Origin: an uncultured virus (IMG/VR IMGVR_UViG_3300015050_001305)
Lineage: Duplodnaviria > Heunggongvirae > Uroviricota > Caudoviricetes
Length of the DNA: 64,000 bases
Direction: 5' to 3' (one strand)
Virus record (IMG/VR): IMGVR_UViG_3300015050_001305
This document shows, in pieces, positions 1 through 9,439 of the stretch. The translations under genes and the position numbers were made by a program. Under the pieces are notes generated by a model that did no database searches, was not told the DNA's origin, and worked only from the letters and a program-made list of their open reading frames with translations. Each line of letters begins with the position of its first letter. Position 1 is the stretch's first letter.

Positions 1-236
1 GATGATGCGAGTGCAGCGCTAATTGGATCAGCGCAATATACTACATTAATAGGCCTGCGCAGCTCGGCGGCATCGTACAAGGCATTGACGTTTTCCTTGA
101 TCTCCGGAAACCGGCTAAGGCTCTCTTCAGCGGTCGCTGTCTGCAATGCGTTGTCAGTCCATTTTTTGCATAATTCTGGCAAACGCTTGGCGTGGTCAGG
201 ATGGTCTTTGATGTTGTATTTCTTAATTCGTGACAT
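1..236 (-). CDS. Phage protein, DUF6745-like N-terminus (runs off window edge)
   Basis: Manual translation MSRIKKYNIK...NALYDAAELRRPINVVYCADPISAAL resembles the DUF6745 pattern. Confidence 0.5.
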   Translation of the reverse strand, partial: MSRIKKYNIKDHPDHAKRLPELCKKWTDNALQTATAEESLSRFPEIKENVNALYDAAELRRPINVVYCADPISAALAS

Positions 237-261
237 TAGATCTTCGCCTTAGTGTTCGCTG

Positions 262-660
262 TTATTTATCGTTATTAATCGCCTTGAGGATATTTCTCCT
301 CAGGCGTTCGTGCTTGGTGCGTAATTCGTCGCAGCAGATTACGCAGGCACCACACGGACCGCGACCTGCATCCCTGTTGGCTTGGCACCATTCTCCACCC
401 ATGACATCCGATTTGGCTTCAGCGTTAATCAGCCTTGACTGCAACTTGGCAGCATAGGCCACGACATCGTGATTGCTCATTAGCGTTAGCGTCTCGGCAC
501 TTGTTGCCTTTGGTGTACTGCCGGCAGCCCCATAACAGACAAAATGCCACGCAGTCCCGACGGTTGTAACAATGCCTAGCTCGGCCGTGTCAGGGGCAGT
601 TTTGTATAATACGAAATCGCCTGGCTTGAATACGTATTTAGACATTTTTATTCCATGCAA
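262..660 (-). CDS. Hypothetical protein with C-terminal Cys cluster
   Basis: ORF track; CGACVICC; start may be at 645. Confidence 0.65.
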   Translation of the reverse strand: MHGIKMSKYVFKPGDFVLYKTAPDTAELGIVTTVGTAWHFVCYGAAGSTPKATSAETLTLMSNHDVVAYAAKLQSRLINAEAKSDVMGGEWCQANRDAGRGPCGACVICCDELRTKHERLRRNILKAINNDK

Positions 661-686
661 AGTTAAGCTTGCCGATTAGGCACATG

Positions 687-908
687 TTAATATTCGACTA
701 ATTGCTTGAGCGCTTCAGGATCTGTAATATCTACAGCCGTCGCAGGGCTTTCTTCGACACTCAACGTGACTTCATCGTAGCTTTCTGGCCATGAGGTGCC
801 ATCAGCGGCCAGTGCAATAGCTTCAGCTGGACTGTCCGCCCAGACCTTGCGTTCATAGCTGACATAGCGAATACGTGGCTGACTGACGAGAAAAAGTTTC
901 TTTGACAT
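687..908 (-). CDS. Hypothetical protein
   Basis: ORF track; fits minus-strand operon. Confidence 0.65.
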   Translation of the reverse strand: MSKKLFLVSQPRIRYVSYERKVWADSPAEAIALAADGTSWPESYDEVTLSVEESPATAVDITDPEALKQLVEY

Positions 909-1017
909 AGTGCATATACATCTTCAACTGACTTTTCTTTCATGAAAATCAATTTATTATTTTAATATTTCAAAGTATTGTAATCATGGGTGGTTAACGG
1001 CTATAATCGTCGCCATC

Positions 1018-1344
1018 GTGGATCCGTCATCAATTAAGAAAAATACCTGGACCGAACGTCTCTACAAACTCATCCGAGAAGAAGAAATAGATGAGGCAAC
1101 GGACATGATCTTCGAGCGGATCGAAGATTTATTGCTGATGGAACGTTTCGGGGAGTGCAATAAAGTAATCAAATCGCTCAACCTTGAATTGCTTGACACG
1201 AACATTATCGTAGCCGTGCTGGGAGTAACTCATCTAGCCAAGTCACACTTGCCCTATCGTGCAAAATTCACAGAAGCTGCGATAGCTAGGTTGACGAAAC
1301 TCGCGCCTGATCGAGTCGAACGATTAATCTCCGGCCTCTGCTAG
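1018..1344 (+). CDS. Hypothetical helical protein, paralogue of 15179-15595
   Basis: C-terminal halves of the two proteins resemble each other by eye. Confidence 0.7.
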   Translation: MDPSSIKKNTWTERLYKLIREEEIDEATDMIFERIEDLLLMERFGECNKVIKSLNLELLDTNIIVAVLGVTHLAKSHLPYRAKFTEAAIARLTKLAPDRVERLISGLC

Positions 1345-1377
1345 TCGGACTATCAGCGCAAATGCTTGCGCAGATAG

Positions 1378-1587
1378 CTATTCATCTTCGGTATTTTCTG
1401 GAATTGGTATTCTTCGATTAATCTCTCCTATAATACGCATCAGGAGATCTTCTGATTTTGCAGCGAAATCAGCCTCGCTGATGTTCTCAGCAGGGTCAAC
1501 ATCCAAGACCGATGTCATGGCATCTGGGTTCAGTATGCAAATGAGCAAGTCACTGGTATTTGCATTGGCCGGATTAAATTTGCTCAT
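1378..1587 (-). CDS. Hypothetical protein
   Basis: ORF track; converges on the GCGCAA palindrome at 1356. Confidence 0.6.
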   Translation of the reverse strand: MSKFNPANANTSDLLICILNPDAMTSVLDVDPAENISEADFAAKSEDLLMRIIGEINRRIPIPENTEDE

Positions 1588-1906
1588 GACGGTATTGCTT
1601 GTGGCGCTGATGGTTTAGCCGCCTCGCGGTAGCACATTCTCCGCTGCAGACATGTGCCATTGGCCAGCGCGCATCGGTCTAGCTTACGCGCTAAGCATGC
1701 TGGGCAACGGAACAGTAGCGCCATGCGATGCTCGGCATAGCTGTTCGGCATAGCTACCCATGCTGCGGCTGTCTTCGCTGGCACGCCAACGACAGGCGGA
1801 GGCGTAGTTCTATTGTCGCTATCTTGATTGGTATATTGAATCATATTTGTAGAAAAACTTTCATTTGATGCCCGAGTCATATTCATCAACTACAACTTAC
1901 AATGGA

Positions 1907-2275
1907 TTATCTTTCGCTCAGCTTCGGCATTTCTAACAGCCTGGCCATGTAGCTGTCAGCCCGACAGACCACACTGCCTATACGTGCCAGCATTTCAAAT
2001 CCGATCATGCCCTGCAACATGGGAGTTGCATCGATCACAGCCTGCGTTGGCTGCAGGCGATGAAACAGATGGCGTACGTTAGCGCGTGTAAAGTCGTATT
2101 TATCGCTGCCAAACGACAGATGGTAGCGCCTATACAGGAATGTGGAGTTCTGGCTGCTACTTGGCGGATATTCAAAATAGGCACAGAATCGCATCGTGGC
2201 TAGGTCAGATTCAGTCTGTGACTTCATGTTGCATCCTTGTCTTGAAGTAATCATGACTCCAGCACCCGAAGTCAA
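1907..2275 (-). CDS. Hypothetical protein
   Basis: ORF track; start probably near 2227. Confidence 0.5.
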   Translation of the reverse strand: MTSGAGVMITSRQGCNMKSQTESDLATMRFCAYFEYPPSSSQNSTFLYRRYHLSFGSDKYDFTRANVRHLFHRLQPTQAVIDATPMLQGMIGFEMLARIGSVVCRADSYMARLLEMPKLSER

Positions 2276-2525
2276 TCAATAGCGCTAGCTGAACCTCGAC
2301 GCCTGCGGCTATTATCTTGGCTGCCATTTGCTGCTTTTCAGCATAGGGGCAGCTGCCTTCAGACATTTCGCAAATGGCGTTCAAGACTTCGTGGGGTAAA
2401 TCAAAATCGCTTACTGATCGCGATGTGTAGAGTTCAATAATAGCAAGCATCTCGTCGCTCTTGGCAATGAGTTGCAGGATTTCTACGTATTGGTCATCGG
2501 TCCTTGCCTCCATCGAACTACGCAT
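2211..2525 (-). CDS. Hypothetical protein
   Basis: ORF track. Confidence 0.6.
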   Translation of the reverse strand: MRSSMEARTDDQYVEILQLIAKSDEMLAIIELYTSRSVSDFDLPHEVLNAICEMSEGSCPYAEKQQMAAKIIAAGVEVQLALLIDFGCWSHDYFKTRMQHEVTD

Positions 2526-2677
2526 GACCTAGTCTCTCCATGTGCGGCGCAGCTTCAATTGATTGGCAATAATTCCAACAATGGAATCCAAGGCTCGCGC
2601 ATGAACCTCGGTATAGTCTTGCAGATCGGATGCATAGTCATGCAAAAGCGTGATGCCGGACTCATAGGCGGGATGCC

Positions 2678-2932
2678 TCATGGTTCCCAGCCCGTTCGCA
2701 GCATCGCTTCAGCCTCGGCCCAACACAGTTTCAATGCTTCGGCCCCATGCAGATCGACATCTAGCCCTGCTTCATGCATTGCCGCAATAATCAGGAGATA
2801 CACTTTCGACGAAGTATCTGGCCATATCCTTCGAGGCTGATGACTGCCAATAGTATATCTGCTCCAATAGTCCGCCTGGATGCCACACCACATTGCAGCG
2901 GCCTCGCGCATTCGTTTAGTTATTTTGCTCAT
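2678..2932 (-). CDS. AEAEA-GWxP paralogue family protein
   Basis: REAAAMWCGIQADYW...WAEAEAMLRTGWEP. Confidence 0.8.
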   Translation of the reverse strand: MSKITKRMREAAAMWCGIQADYWSRYTIGSHQPRRIWPDTSSKVYLLIIAAMHEAGLDVDLHGAEALKLCWAEAEAMLRTGWEP

Positions 2933-3435
2933 AGAGGTTCATGTCCATTGCGCAGCATTTCGGCGGCTTTAGCCCATATCCTCGGCCAACTAAGGCTTCT
3001 GTATTTGATGCGAATCTCAGTTGCCAGGCAATTGCCAATGTCCATGGCTTCCGTGGTTGTGTTGTATAACGTAAAAAATCTGCTGACATTGACGGGATGA
3101 GTCTGAATTCTCATCTGCTCACAATAGCGTACCGCAGCTGTGCGTAACTCATCGCTAATAGCTGAAACTGGCTCAGCCTTCCAGCCCGTGCGTAATAAGG
3201 CTTCAGCTTCAAGCCAGCAGCCAGATGTGGAAAGAACTCCCTTGCGATCAACGGCTTTGGCGAATGCCATGGCATCATCAGCTAGCATCTTGCAACGACG
3301 AGTAAATTCACTCCAGGGGAATAACGATGGCTCATTGTGATGGTACCAATTGGCCATCGCGTTGCATAACCTTGCAGCTTGTTCGCGCGTTTGATTCGAT
3401 AGATTTCCAGGTTTTGGCTTCATACTTAGTTCCAT
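2929..3435 (-). CDS. AEAEA-GWxP family protein, two tandem domains
   Basis: AARLCNAMANW...LEAEALLRTGWK followed by AAVRYC...WAKAAEMLRNGHEP. Confidence 0.8.
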   Translation of the reverse strand: MELSMKPKPGNLSNQTREQAARLCNAMANWYHHNEPSLFPWSEFTRRCKMLADDAMAFAKAVDRKGVLSTSGCWLEAEALLRTGWKAEPVSAISDELRTAAVRYCEQMRIQTHPVNVSRFFTLYNTTTEAMDIGNCLATEIRIKYRSLSWPRIWAKAAEMLRNGHEPL

Positions 3436-3457
3436 GGCTCAGTCGTCGTAAGGGATC

Positions 3458-4177
3458 TTACTTAAGCAGTTCTGTACACCATTGTCTATGGCAACGCAGA
3501 TATGCAGCATCAGCCCCATATGTGCCCATTGCAAACATGTCGCCAATTTCGACGATAGCCTGTGTTGTGGTGGTGGAATTTTTCTTAATCGTCATGGTTC
3601 CAATATCTAATACCAATGTAGAGCAGGGGAGGTCGTCGGCTGGGGCAATGGTGCCGAGACACGACCTGCTACGCATGTCAGGCTCGTCTTCGATTTGCGG
3701 ATACGCGACAGCTGCCTCCATTTGCCATGCGCCATCGACGCGACGCCAGAAAGTCCTTATTTCGTCGGCGAAGAAGACTTTCTGCGAAACATCGCATAAC
3801 GTATCAGCTCCAGCGACAGCTATGATATCGATATAGTTCGTAAATAGTTCACCCGTCCACGTCTTGAGTGTAGTTGCTGGCTTGATAAAAAGTGAATCAA
3901 GTCGACCCCACGTTGAGCGTTCGATGTCCTTTGCGACAATCTGGCCAATCGCTCGCTTGAAGTGTCGTTGCATCGAAGGGAATGTTTGGTAGTTGATTGC
4001 CGGCGGGCGAGCAATCCCCATCGCATCTAAGATTGCATACGTCCACTCAATGTGACCAATCATAGCCGTCGGCTTAATGGTAGGCGGCTTGTCGCCGACC
4101 ATCCAAATCGTGTGCGCTTCATCGGTGGTGGCCAGGATGTATCTCGCGTCTTTATAGGTGGGTTGGTAATATATCAT
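3458..4177 (-). CDS. ATP-grasp domain protein (DUF4343/R2K-like)
   Basis: LFIKP...WTG, EIRTF, LVLDIG and IVEIGD...GTYG motifs. Confidence 0.7.
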   Translation of the reverse strand: MIYYQPTYKDARYILATTDEAHTIWMVGDKPPTIKPTAMIGHIEWTYAILDAMGIARPPAINYQTFPSMQRHFKRAIGQIVAKDIERSTWGRLDSLFIKPATTLKTWTGELFTNYIDIIAVAGADTLCDVSQKVFFADEIRTFWRRVDGAWQMEAAVAYPQIEDEPDMRSRSCLGTIAPADDLPCSTLVLDIGTMTIKKNSTTTTQAIVEIGDMFAMGTYGADAAYLRCHRQWCTELLK

Positions 4178-4434
4178 GGCTTAGAATCTGCCCAGGATTC
4201 GATCTTATGCTCAACTCTGATACGCCGTGAAACGATGGCAGTCCTGCGCACGGTATGATTGATGTTTTCGCAGATCTTAATCCGCCAGTGGGCGCTGAGG
4301 AGATTAAGCTCATCAATAAGCTCTTCCGTGTATTCGGCCGCCAGGATAACAGCCGCATCAAAAGAATCAGCCTCAACAGCTGTGCTGTTCACCTTCGTGT
4401 CGCTGTCATCATAGACGTGTGCAAAGTATTTCAT
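4174..4434 (-). CDS. Hypothetical protein
   Basis: ORF track; 4-nt overlap with the next gene. Confidence 0.65.
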   Translation of the reverse strand: MKYFAHVYDDSDTKVNSTAVEADSFDAAVILAAEYTEELIDELNLLSAHWRIKICENINHTVRRTAIVSRRIRVEHKIESWADSKP

Positions 4435-4466
4435 TTTATGTATTTTCTTTTTACTAGAGGAAGTGA

Positions 4467-4676
4467 CTACAGGTATTTAGCTACGGTTAGCCCCTGTGTG
4501 GTTAGTCTAATAGAACACCCTTCATCGGTTGTTCTTAGCTCGTATAATTCTGGCAGTTCTGCGACGATTCGCGTCACCAGCGGCGTCAGTATAGTGCTGA
4601 CTGTTCGAAATTCGTCGCCGATGTCAGGCGAGCGCATAATTAAGCGTATGAAGCTACGTTGCTGATCTGTAATCAC
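4467..4676 (-). CDS. Hypothetical protein, possible winged helix
   Basis: C-terminal RLTTQG. Confidence 0.6.
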   Translation of the reverse strand: MITDQQRSFIRLIMRSPDIGDEFRTVSTILTPLVTRIVAELPELYELRTTDEGCSIRLTTQGLTVAKYL

Positions 4677-5110
4677 ATTTCCTCCGGTGCATTTTTCTTG
4701 TTAATCCAGCCCATAGCCCTGCGCGCATGCTGTTCGCAGGCCTCCTTGGCGGACTCAGTATCTTCGTGTCGTGAGATCCATTCAGATTTGGATGCCATGG
4801 CCTGGTAGTACCAGACGAATTCAGTCATAGGGGGAGATGTTTTGCCGACCGCAGGCGTAGATATGGTTCGCATAAAGGTCGTAACCTCGTAGTTGCCGGC
4901 GCGGATATCGCCATCAGCGTCAGGCCTAGACCATTGCAATAGCTTTAGGTCTCCATCAATGATGGCCCTCACATGGACAATGTCAACGCCCAGCAGTCTA
5001 GCTAGCTGCGCCTCAGATAACCATTCATGTTCATGACAATGCGACGCAAGCACATGCAGTAGCTTCAAATAGTCGATCACAATGGCCACCAGTCTGGCCG
5101 CCAACCACAA
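4673..5110 (-). CDS. Hypothetical protein with HTH-like segment
   Basis: LSEAQLARLLGVD. Confidence 0.55.
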   Translation of the reverse strand: MWLAARLVAIVIDYLKLLHVLASHCHEHEWLSEAQLARLLGVDIVHVRAIIDGDLKLLQWSRPDADGDIRAGNYEVTTFMRTISTPAVGKTSPPMTEFVWYYQAMASKSEWISRHEDTESAKEACEQHARRAMGWINKKNAPEEM

Positions 5111-5622
5111 CGCAGCTGCGCCTCAGCTTCAGCACATCGGTGCGCATATGACTCAAATCGACCCAGATTCAATGATTCCAGCACCGCCTGGACCAGCCTA
5201 GTCGCTTCAGTTAGTTCTTCATCAATCCAAACATTGTTACTAGCACGCAGTTGCAGCGTGTCACATGCGTCAGCGACGATGCCAGCCTGGTATTCATCAG
5301 GGTAGCATTCATACAGCATCGCAAGCTGCTCGCGAGCGCGATCAAGCTCCGATTTGCCTAGTTTATATATGTGGCTAGCGCTCACGTTCAGCCATGCTTG
5401 GTTTTTTGAAATTCCGTAGAGACACGCCAGCGCTTGGAGTTGTTCGGCGGTGCCATGCGCCAGGTCGCGCTCAATGTTGCTAAGCGTTACCAGTGACATG
5501 CCGAGATATTGCGCTACATCGCCAAGCGTCGTATTTTCTTGTCGACGAAAGAACCGCAGCCATTGACCAATCGTCTTAGGGTCAGGCAGCGCGCATTCCG
5601 TTAGGGTGCAGTTATTGTTCAC
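5077..5622 (-). CDS. XRE-family HTH protein fused to an AEAEA-GWxP domain
   Basis: IGQWLRFFRRQENTTLGDVAQYLGMSLVTLSNIER; C-terminal AEAEAQLRCGWRP. Confidence 0.8.
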   Translation of the reverse strand: MNNNCTLTECALPDPKTIGQWLRFFRRQENTTLGDVAQYLGMSLVTLSNIERDLAHGTAEQLQALACLYGISKNQAWLNVSASHIYKLGKSELDRAREQLAMLYECYPDEYQAGIVADACDTLQLRASNNVWIDEELTEATRLVQAVLESLNLGRFESYAHRCAEAEAQLRCGWRPDWWPL

Positions 5623-5662
5623 TTGGCTCCTGGGTTTCCGTCAGCATGTAAGTTACTGAACT

Positions 5663-5923
5663 TCATGGCCGCCAGCCTGTTCTTAATAATGCTTCAGCTT
5701 CGGCCCAATCTATTCCCCTATTGGAGAATAGTGGGGTTTTGTCGCCGACAAACTTTACAGCGGCCCAGGCGATCTTCCTCGCGTTATTCGATGTCCGCGC
5801 CGTAAGTATTGGTGCGTCATCATCTGCGCTGGTCCAGCCATCGAAGTGCCAGCAGGCCATCATGCTGCAAAACACGGCGGCTTCTTCGCGCAATTTGGCT
5901 TTTATATATCTTGAGGCAATCAT
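5663..5923 (-). CDS. AEAEA-GWxP family protein
   Basis: EEAAVFCSMMACW...WAEAEALLRTGWRP. Confidence 0.85.
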   Translation of the reverse strand: MIASRYIKAKLREEAAVFCSMMACWHFDGWTSADDDAPILTARTSNNARKIAWAAVKFVGDKTPLFSNRGIDWAEAEALLRTGWRP

Positions 5924-6330
5924 TCGCTTTTCATTTCGGGGAGGCGCGATAATTCTTCAACTAGCGCTAGTCTGATTTTGTCAAGGTAGAGATTGATTTC
6001 GGCCAGACGCTTGCCCTCATGCAAAGAGCTGACAACAGAGAAGATCCGATGCGAAGTGATCCTGTACTGACCATGGCCATCTTCATGCGGCCAGATGTTC
6101 CAGCCCTCGCAATGATAACTGCCCTTTTTCTCTCCAGCCTCCCATTTTGCTGTTGGCACGTCGGCGAGGTCGAAGGCATTAGTGAGGGGTGCGAGGTGGC
6201 CAGTCGCACAGACCAGCGCATTTACAACAGCCCCGGCCTTGGATTCTTCGCGACTTCCGTATGAAGCTTTTTTGTATTTTTCTTGAGCATCATCAATCAT
6301 CGGCTGCAAAAGTCTTTGGGCTCTATTCAT
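5920..6330 (-). CDS. Hypothetical protein, paralogue of 51417-51824
   Basis: MNRAQRLLQPMID...LADVPTAKW. Confidence 0.75.
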   Translation of the reverse strand: MNRAQRLLQPMIDDAQEKYKKASYGSREESKAGAVVNALVCATGHLAPLTNAFDLADVPTAKWEAGEKKGSYHCEGWNIWPHEDGHGQYRITSHRIFSVVSSLHEGKRLAEINLYLDKIRLALVEELSRLPEMKSE

Positions 6331-6715
6331 CTGATTTACCTACGCTTGTCATTTGTTCAATTAATTCACGCTCAAGATTCGCGCAATAGACCCTGATGCT
6401 GCCGCAACGCTTAGCTTCGGCCAAGGTCTTCCATTCGACGCCATGAAACCAGTAGTCATCCGCACTCCCAGTATCGCGCAACGTGTACAGCTGCTCGCCG
6501 GCCATGGTTTCCGATAGATAAATTCGATAATTACTGGCACTAGTGCATTCGTAGAATGAATGTGATTCATCGTATTTATTAGTTATGATGCAATGTCGCC
6601 ATTCCAGATCAGGCACATCAACCGTCTCGCCGTCTGCGTAAAAGCACGCCATTGGGCTGCAATAAATCGCGGCAGCTTCACGTTGCTTGGGTGTAATTTT
6701 ACTCATAGTGTCCAT
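6323..6715 (-). CDS. Chimeric hypothetical protein (AEAEA-family N-terminus plus DVPxLEW domain)
   Basis: ITPKQREAAAIYCSPMAC followed by DVPDLEW. Confidence 0.7.
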   Translation of the reverse strand: MDTMSKITPKQREAAAIYCSPMACFYADGETVDVPDLEWRHCIITNKYDESHSFYECTSASNYRIYLSETMAGEQLYTLRDTGSADDYWFHGVEWKTLAEAKRCGSIRVYCANLERELIEQMTSVGKSDE

Positions 6716-6933
6716 CCTGATTGCAATAATGCCTCGGCTTCGAGATACGCCTGGGCTCCGTAGTTTGAGCTGTATGTAGACGCAACGAAGTAGGCCTCAT
6801 CGGCAAGATCTATCGCTGCTCTTGAGAAGACCCAATCAGGTATATCGGCATATACGTATCCTATGCCAAACCAAGCAGCCATCGCACTACAGTAGGCGGC
6901 AGCTTCTTCGCGTACAAATGGAGTGATTTTCAT
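6703..6933 (-). CDS. AEAEA-GWxP family protein
   Basis: MKITPFVREEAAAYCSAMAAW...LEAEALLQSGWTL; ATGA overlap fixes the start. Confidence 0.8.
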   Translation of the reverse strand: MKITPFVREEAAAYCSAMAAWFGIGYVYADIPDWVFSRAAIDLADEAYFVASTYSSNYGAQAYLEAEALLQSGWTL

Positions 6934-7181
6934 GGTGTCCAACCTGACCGCAATAAAGCCTCGGCTTCGAGCCAGGCTTCGATCATTTCTTGATAATGAG
7001 CACTTGTCGATATTGTCGCAGGGATGTATTCGACCGCTAGGCCGGCGCATCTTACGATATAGGAAACCTTCTCAGATGCGTAGGAGCTGGGCGACGCAGC
7101 AAAAAGATCGTTAGCCCACCAGCAAGCCATTTGATTGCATTGGATTGCGGCTGATTCTCGTTGTTTAGGGGTAATTTTCAT
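6930..7181 (-). CDS. AEAEA-GWxP family protein
   Basis: AAIQCNQMACWW...LEAEALLRSGWTP. Confidence 0.85.
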   Translation of the reverse strand: MKITPKQRESAAIQCNQMACWWANDLFAASPSSYASEKVSYIVRCAGLAVEYIPATISTSAHYQEMIEAWLEAEALLRSGWTP

Positions 7182-7486
7182 GATTCGAATTTATGTTTGA
7201 TATTGAAGTCAGTTAGCAACTTAGCCAGATCATGGATATGCGCCATACGTAGATTCATGTCGCTAATTTTGGCCAAGCGCACATGCATGTCATTGATTTG
7301 CGCCAGGCAGGCGTTCAGTTCGCGAATTCGCTGTAGCTGCTGATCTAACTGTGATTGATGAATGACTAGTGCATCAGACAAGTCGCTGATTAATTCCGTC
7401 GCGCACGACGAACATGCAATGCCGCCATCGGCTTCAACTCGACCCGAGGTTTGGCCACCGCAATACACGCAGCTCATGGCGTCCAC
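7178..7486 (-). CDS. Zn-finger plus coiled-coil protein
   Basis: CVYC...CSSC followed by heptad repeats. Confidence 0.7.
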   Translation of the reverse strand: MDAMSCVYCGGQTSGRVEADGGIACSSCATELISDLSDALVIHQSQLDQQLQRIRELNACLAQINDMHVRLAKISDMNLRMAHIHDLAKLLTDFNIKHKFES

Positions 7487-7971
7487 CCCGTCCTTAACAA
7501 GGCCTCCGCTTCAGCCATCTCAAGAATATTACCCATAATGTAAGCTTCTCCGACCATCTCCAATCTAAGGATTGACACATCGGCAAGCACCGAATCAACC
7601 AGTTCCGCTACAGCGAAGGAAGGTTCAGGGTCTGGATTAGTAGCCGGGTCCGCCCACCAACATGCCATCATGCTACAGTACACGGCGGCGGCTTCGCGTA
7701 AGCTAGGCGCAATCTGCACAGTAGCCATCCTGACCACAGCCTTCTTCGCCTTGAACGAAACTATTTTGACGACATCCACGTCCCATGAAACCCAGTCTGC
7801 CGCCGAATGGCCAACCTGCTTAATCTTGATAGTGCAGCCGCCTTGGATTAAATCGTCCCTATACAGCGACTTGGCGTACTTTTCGGCAGCCTTGCACATT
7901 GTTTGCGCATGGGCCGGCTCGGCGTCATCCTCGCTTGAGTTGTCAACGCAATAACAAAGGTAACGTTTCAT
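7474..7971 (-). CDS. Two-domain protein with C-terminal AEAEA-GWxP domain
   Basis: AAAVYCSMMACWW...AEAEALLRTGWTP. Confidence 0.8.
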   Translation of the reverse strand: MKRYLCYCVDNSSEDDAEPAHAQTMCKAAEKYAKSLYRDDLIQGGCTIKIKQVGHSAADWVSWDVDVVKIVSFKAKKAVVRMATVQIAPSLREAAAVYCSMMACWWADPATNPDPEPSFAVAELVDSVLADVSILRLEMVGEAYIMGNILEMAEAEALLRTGWTP

Positions 7972-8231
7972 ACTAGGTATTCTCCATTGGCGTCCTTACA
8001 CATGATGCAAATAGGGCCGACCTTGGCCCACCCCAACAAATTAACAACACTGTGGGTTGCTTCGTGTTCCTTCCACCACTTATCCGCCGCTCGCCTTCCA
8101 TTACGCTCAAACCTAGCAATCGGTCGACGCAGAACCTTTGGCAGTTGACGACGCGACATTTTACCATGACCAATTGGTCCAATTAGCACTTCCCTGGCTT
8201 CCATTGATTTCGTCCACCTCATGGTTTCCAC
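7968..8231 (-). CDS. Hypothetical protein
   Basis: ORF track; overlap-coupled to neighbours. Confidence 0.55.
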   Translation of the reverse strand: METMRWTKSMEAREVLIGPIGHGKMSRRQLPKVLRRPIARFERNGRRAADKWWKEHEATHSVVNLLGWAKVGPICIMCKDANGEYLV

Positions 8232-8509
8232 CCTGTCCTTAACAACGCCTCGGCCTCAGCCCAGACATATGCGCGAAAGCTAATCCAACTAATTGGGTTC
8301 CTGGTCGACCGCCAGACGGTGCGTGGATTGATGGTGTACATCGCATGTTGATGAGCCGCCAAGGCAAGTCCCGCAACGTCGGATGACTCACCCCACTGAG
8401 GGACTGGATAAGGGTCTGGCGTGTCATGGTACCCTGTCCACCACGATGCCATTGTGCCGCAAAGAATAGCGGACTTGTTGCGCAAGATATTGCCTACGTG
8501 ATGAGCCAT
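8219..8509 (-). CDS. AEAEA-GWxP family protein
   Basis: SAILCGTMASWW...WAEAEALLRTGWKP. Confidence 0.85.
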   Translation of the reverse strand: MAHHVGNILRNKSAILCGTMASWWTGYHDTPDPYPVPQWGESSDVAGLALAAHQHAMYTINPRTVWRSTRNPISWISFRAYVWAEAEALLRTGWKP

Positions 8510-8940
8510 TAGATAAGCCTCCAGCCAGTGCGAATCATTGCCTCGGCCTCGGCCGCAACCTTGGCGTGCATATCAGTCCAGGCTTCAAAACCGACGATGT
8601 CCATGCCTGGGATAACCCCATCTAGGTACTGTGGATAGAGTCTGAAGACCGCAGCTGCCATGGCCAAATCTCCGAAGGCCACAGCATCTGGCATGCAGTA
8701 GTAGGCGGGCGGACGCTCTGGTGAATTAGACGTAAACCAGCTCGCTGTCATGCTGCAATAGGCGGCTGTTTCTTCGCGCAATTTGGCGCTAATTTTAGCC
8801 TGAGGCTTGCATTTGACCACGATTGCCCTAGGCAAGCTCACGGGTCCTTCGAAACTGCCAAAGCCTTTATCGTAAGGAGAGTTATTCATAATCCTGCTAC
8901 AACTGAACCAGCCAAGACTTTCAACATTACGTCCATTCAA
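8509..8940 (-). CDS. AEAEA-GWxP family protein
   Basis: TAAYCSMTASWF...AEAEAMIRTGWR. Confidence 0.8.
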   Translation of the reverse strand: MNGRNVESLGWFSCSRIMNNSPYDKGFGSFEGPVSLPRAIVVKCKPQAKISAKLREETAAYCSMTASWFTSNSPERPPAYYCMPDAVAFGDLAMAAAVFRLYPQYLDGVIPGMDIVGFEAWTDMHAKVAAEAEAMIRTGWRLI

Positions 8941-9439
8941 TCCTCAGCAGATCTGCCGCATCTCGCCAGGCTGCCGACCAGTGCTTGGTCGCGTGATGCC
9001 GGATAAAGCAGGTGTTGGCCAATCTGTGGCTAAGCGCCCTCATGGGCAGAGTGGCCTGTTCAAGGGGCGAGGTATTGCTCATGTCATCCAGGCTCCAGCG
9101 ATACATCGCTTCGCAGAAGCTGACCGCATCGGCGCGAAACTTGGCACCCCACACAGCCGGCGACCACCCTGTGTGCAGCTTGGCTTCTGACTCCGCCATG
9201 ACGCCTGCCATGACGCCTATCAGCTGACATAGTGGTAACTCGGTGGATAAGTCCACATGCTCCATCAGGGTGGCCTGTTCAGCCAGGTCGCCTAGTAGGC
9301 AGGCTTTGCTGCTGAAGATGTCGGTGCCGGGGGAACTGCAGCGATCTGTTTGTGGGTCCATCCACCAAGCAGCCATCGCACTGCAGTAGGCGGCAGCTTC
9401 TTCGCGCAAGGCCGCTGTAATACGTATTTGAGGCTTCAT
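8927..9439 (-). CDS. AEAEA-GWxP family protein, two tandem domains
   Basis: AAAYCSAMAAWW...AESEAKLHTGWSP followed by AVSFCEAM...DAADLLR. Confidence 0.8.
   Translation of the reverse strand: MKPQIRITAALREEAAAYCSAMAAWWMDPQTDRCSSPGTDIFSSKACLLGDLAEQATLMEHVDLSTELPLCQLIGVMAGVMAESEAKLHTGWSPAVWGAKFRADAVSFCEAMYRWSLDDMSNTSPLEQATLPMRALSHRLANTCFIRHHATKHWSAAWRDAADLLRIEWT

Noticed and set aside
2678..9439. Diversity-generating retroelement behind the AEAEA family
   Set aside because: No reverse transcriptase seen, and the variation is not adenine-specific between near-identical TR/VR pairs.
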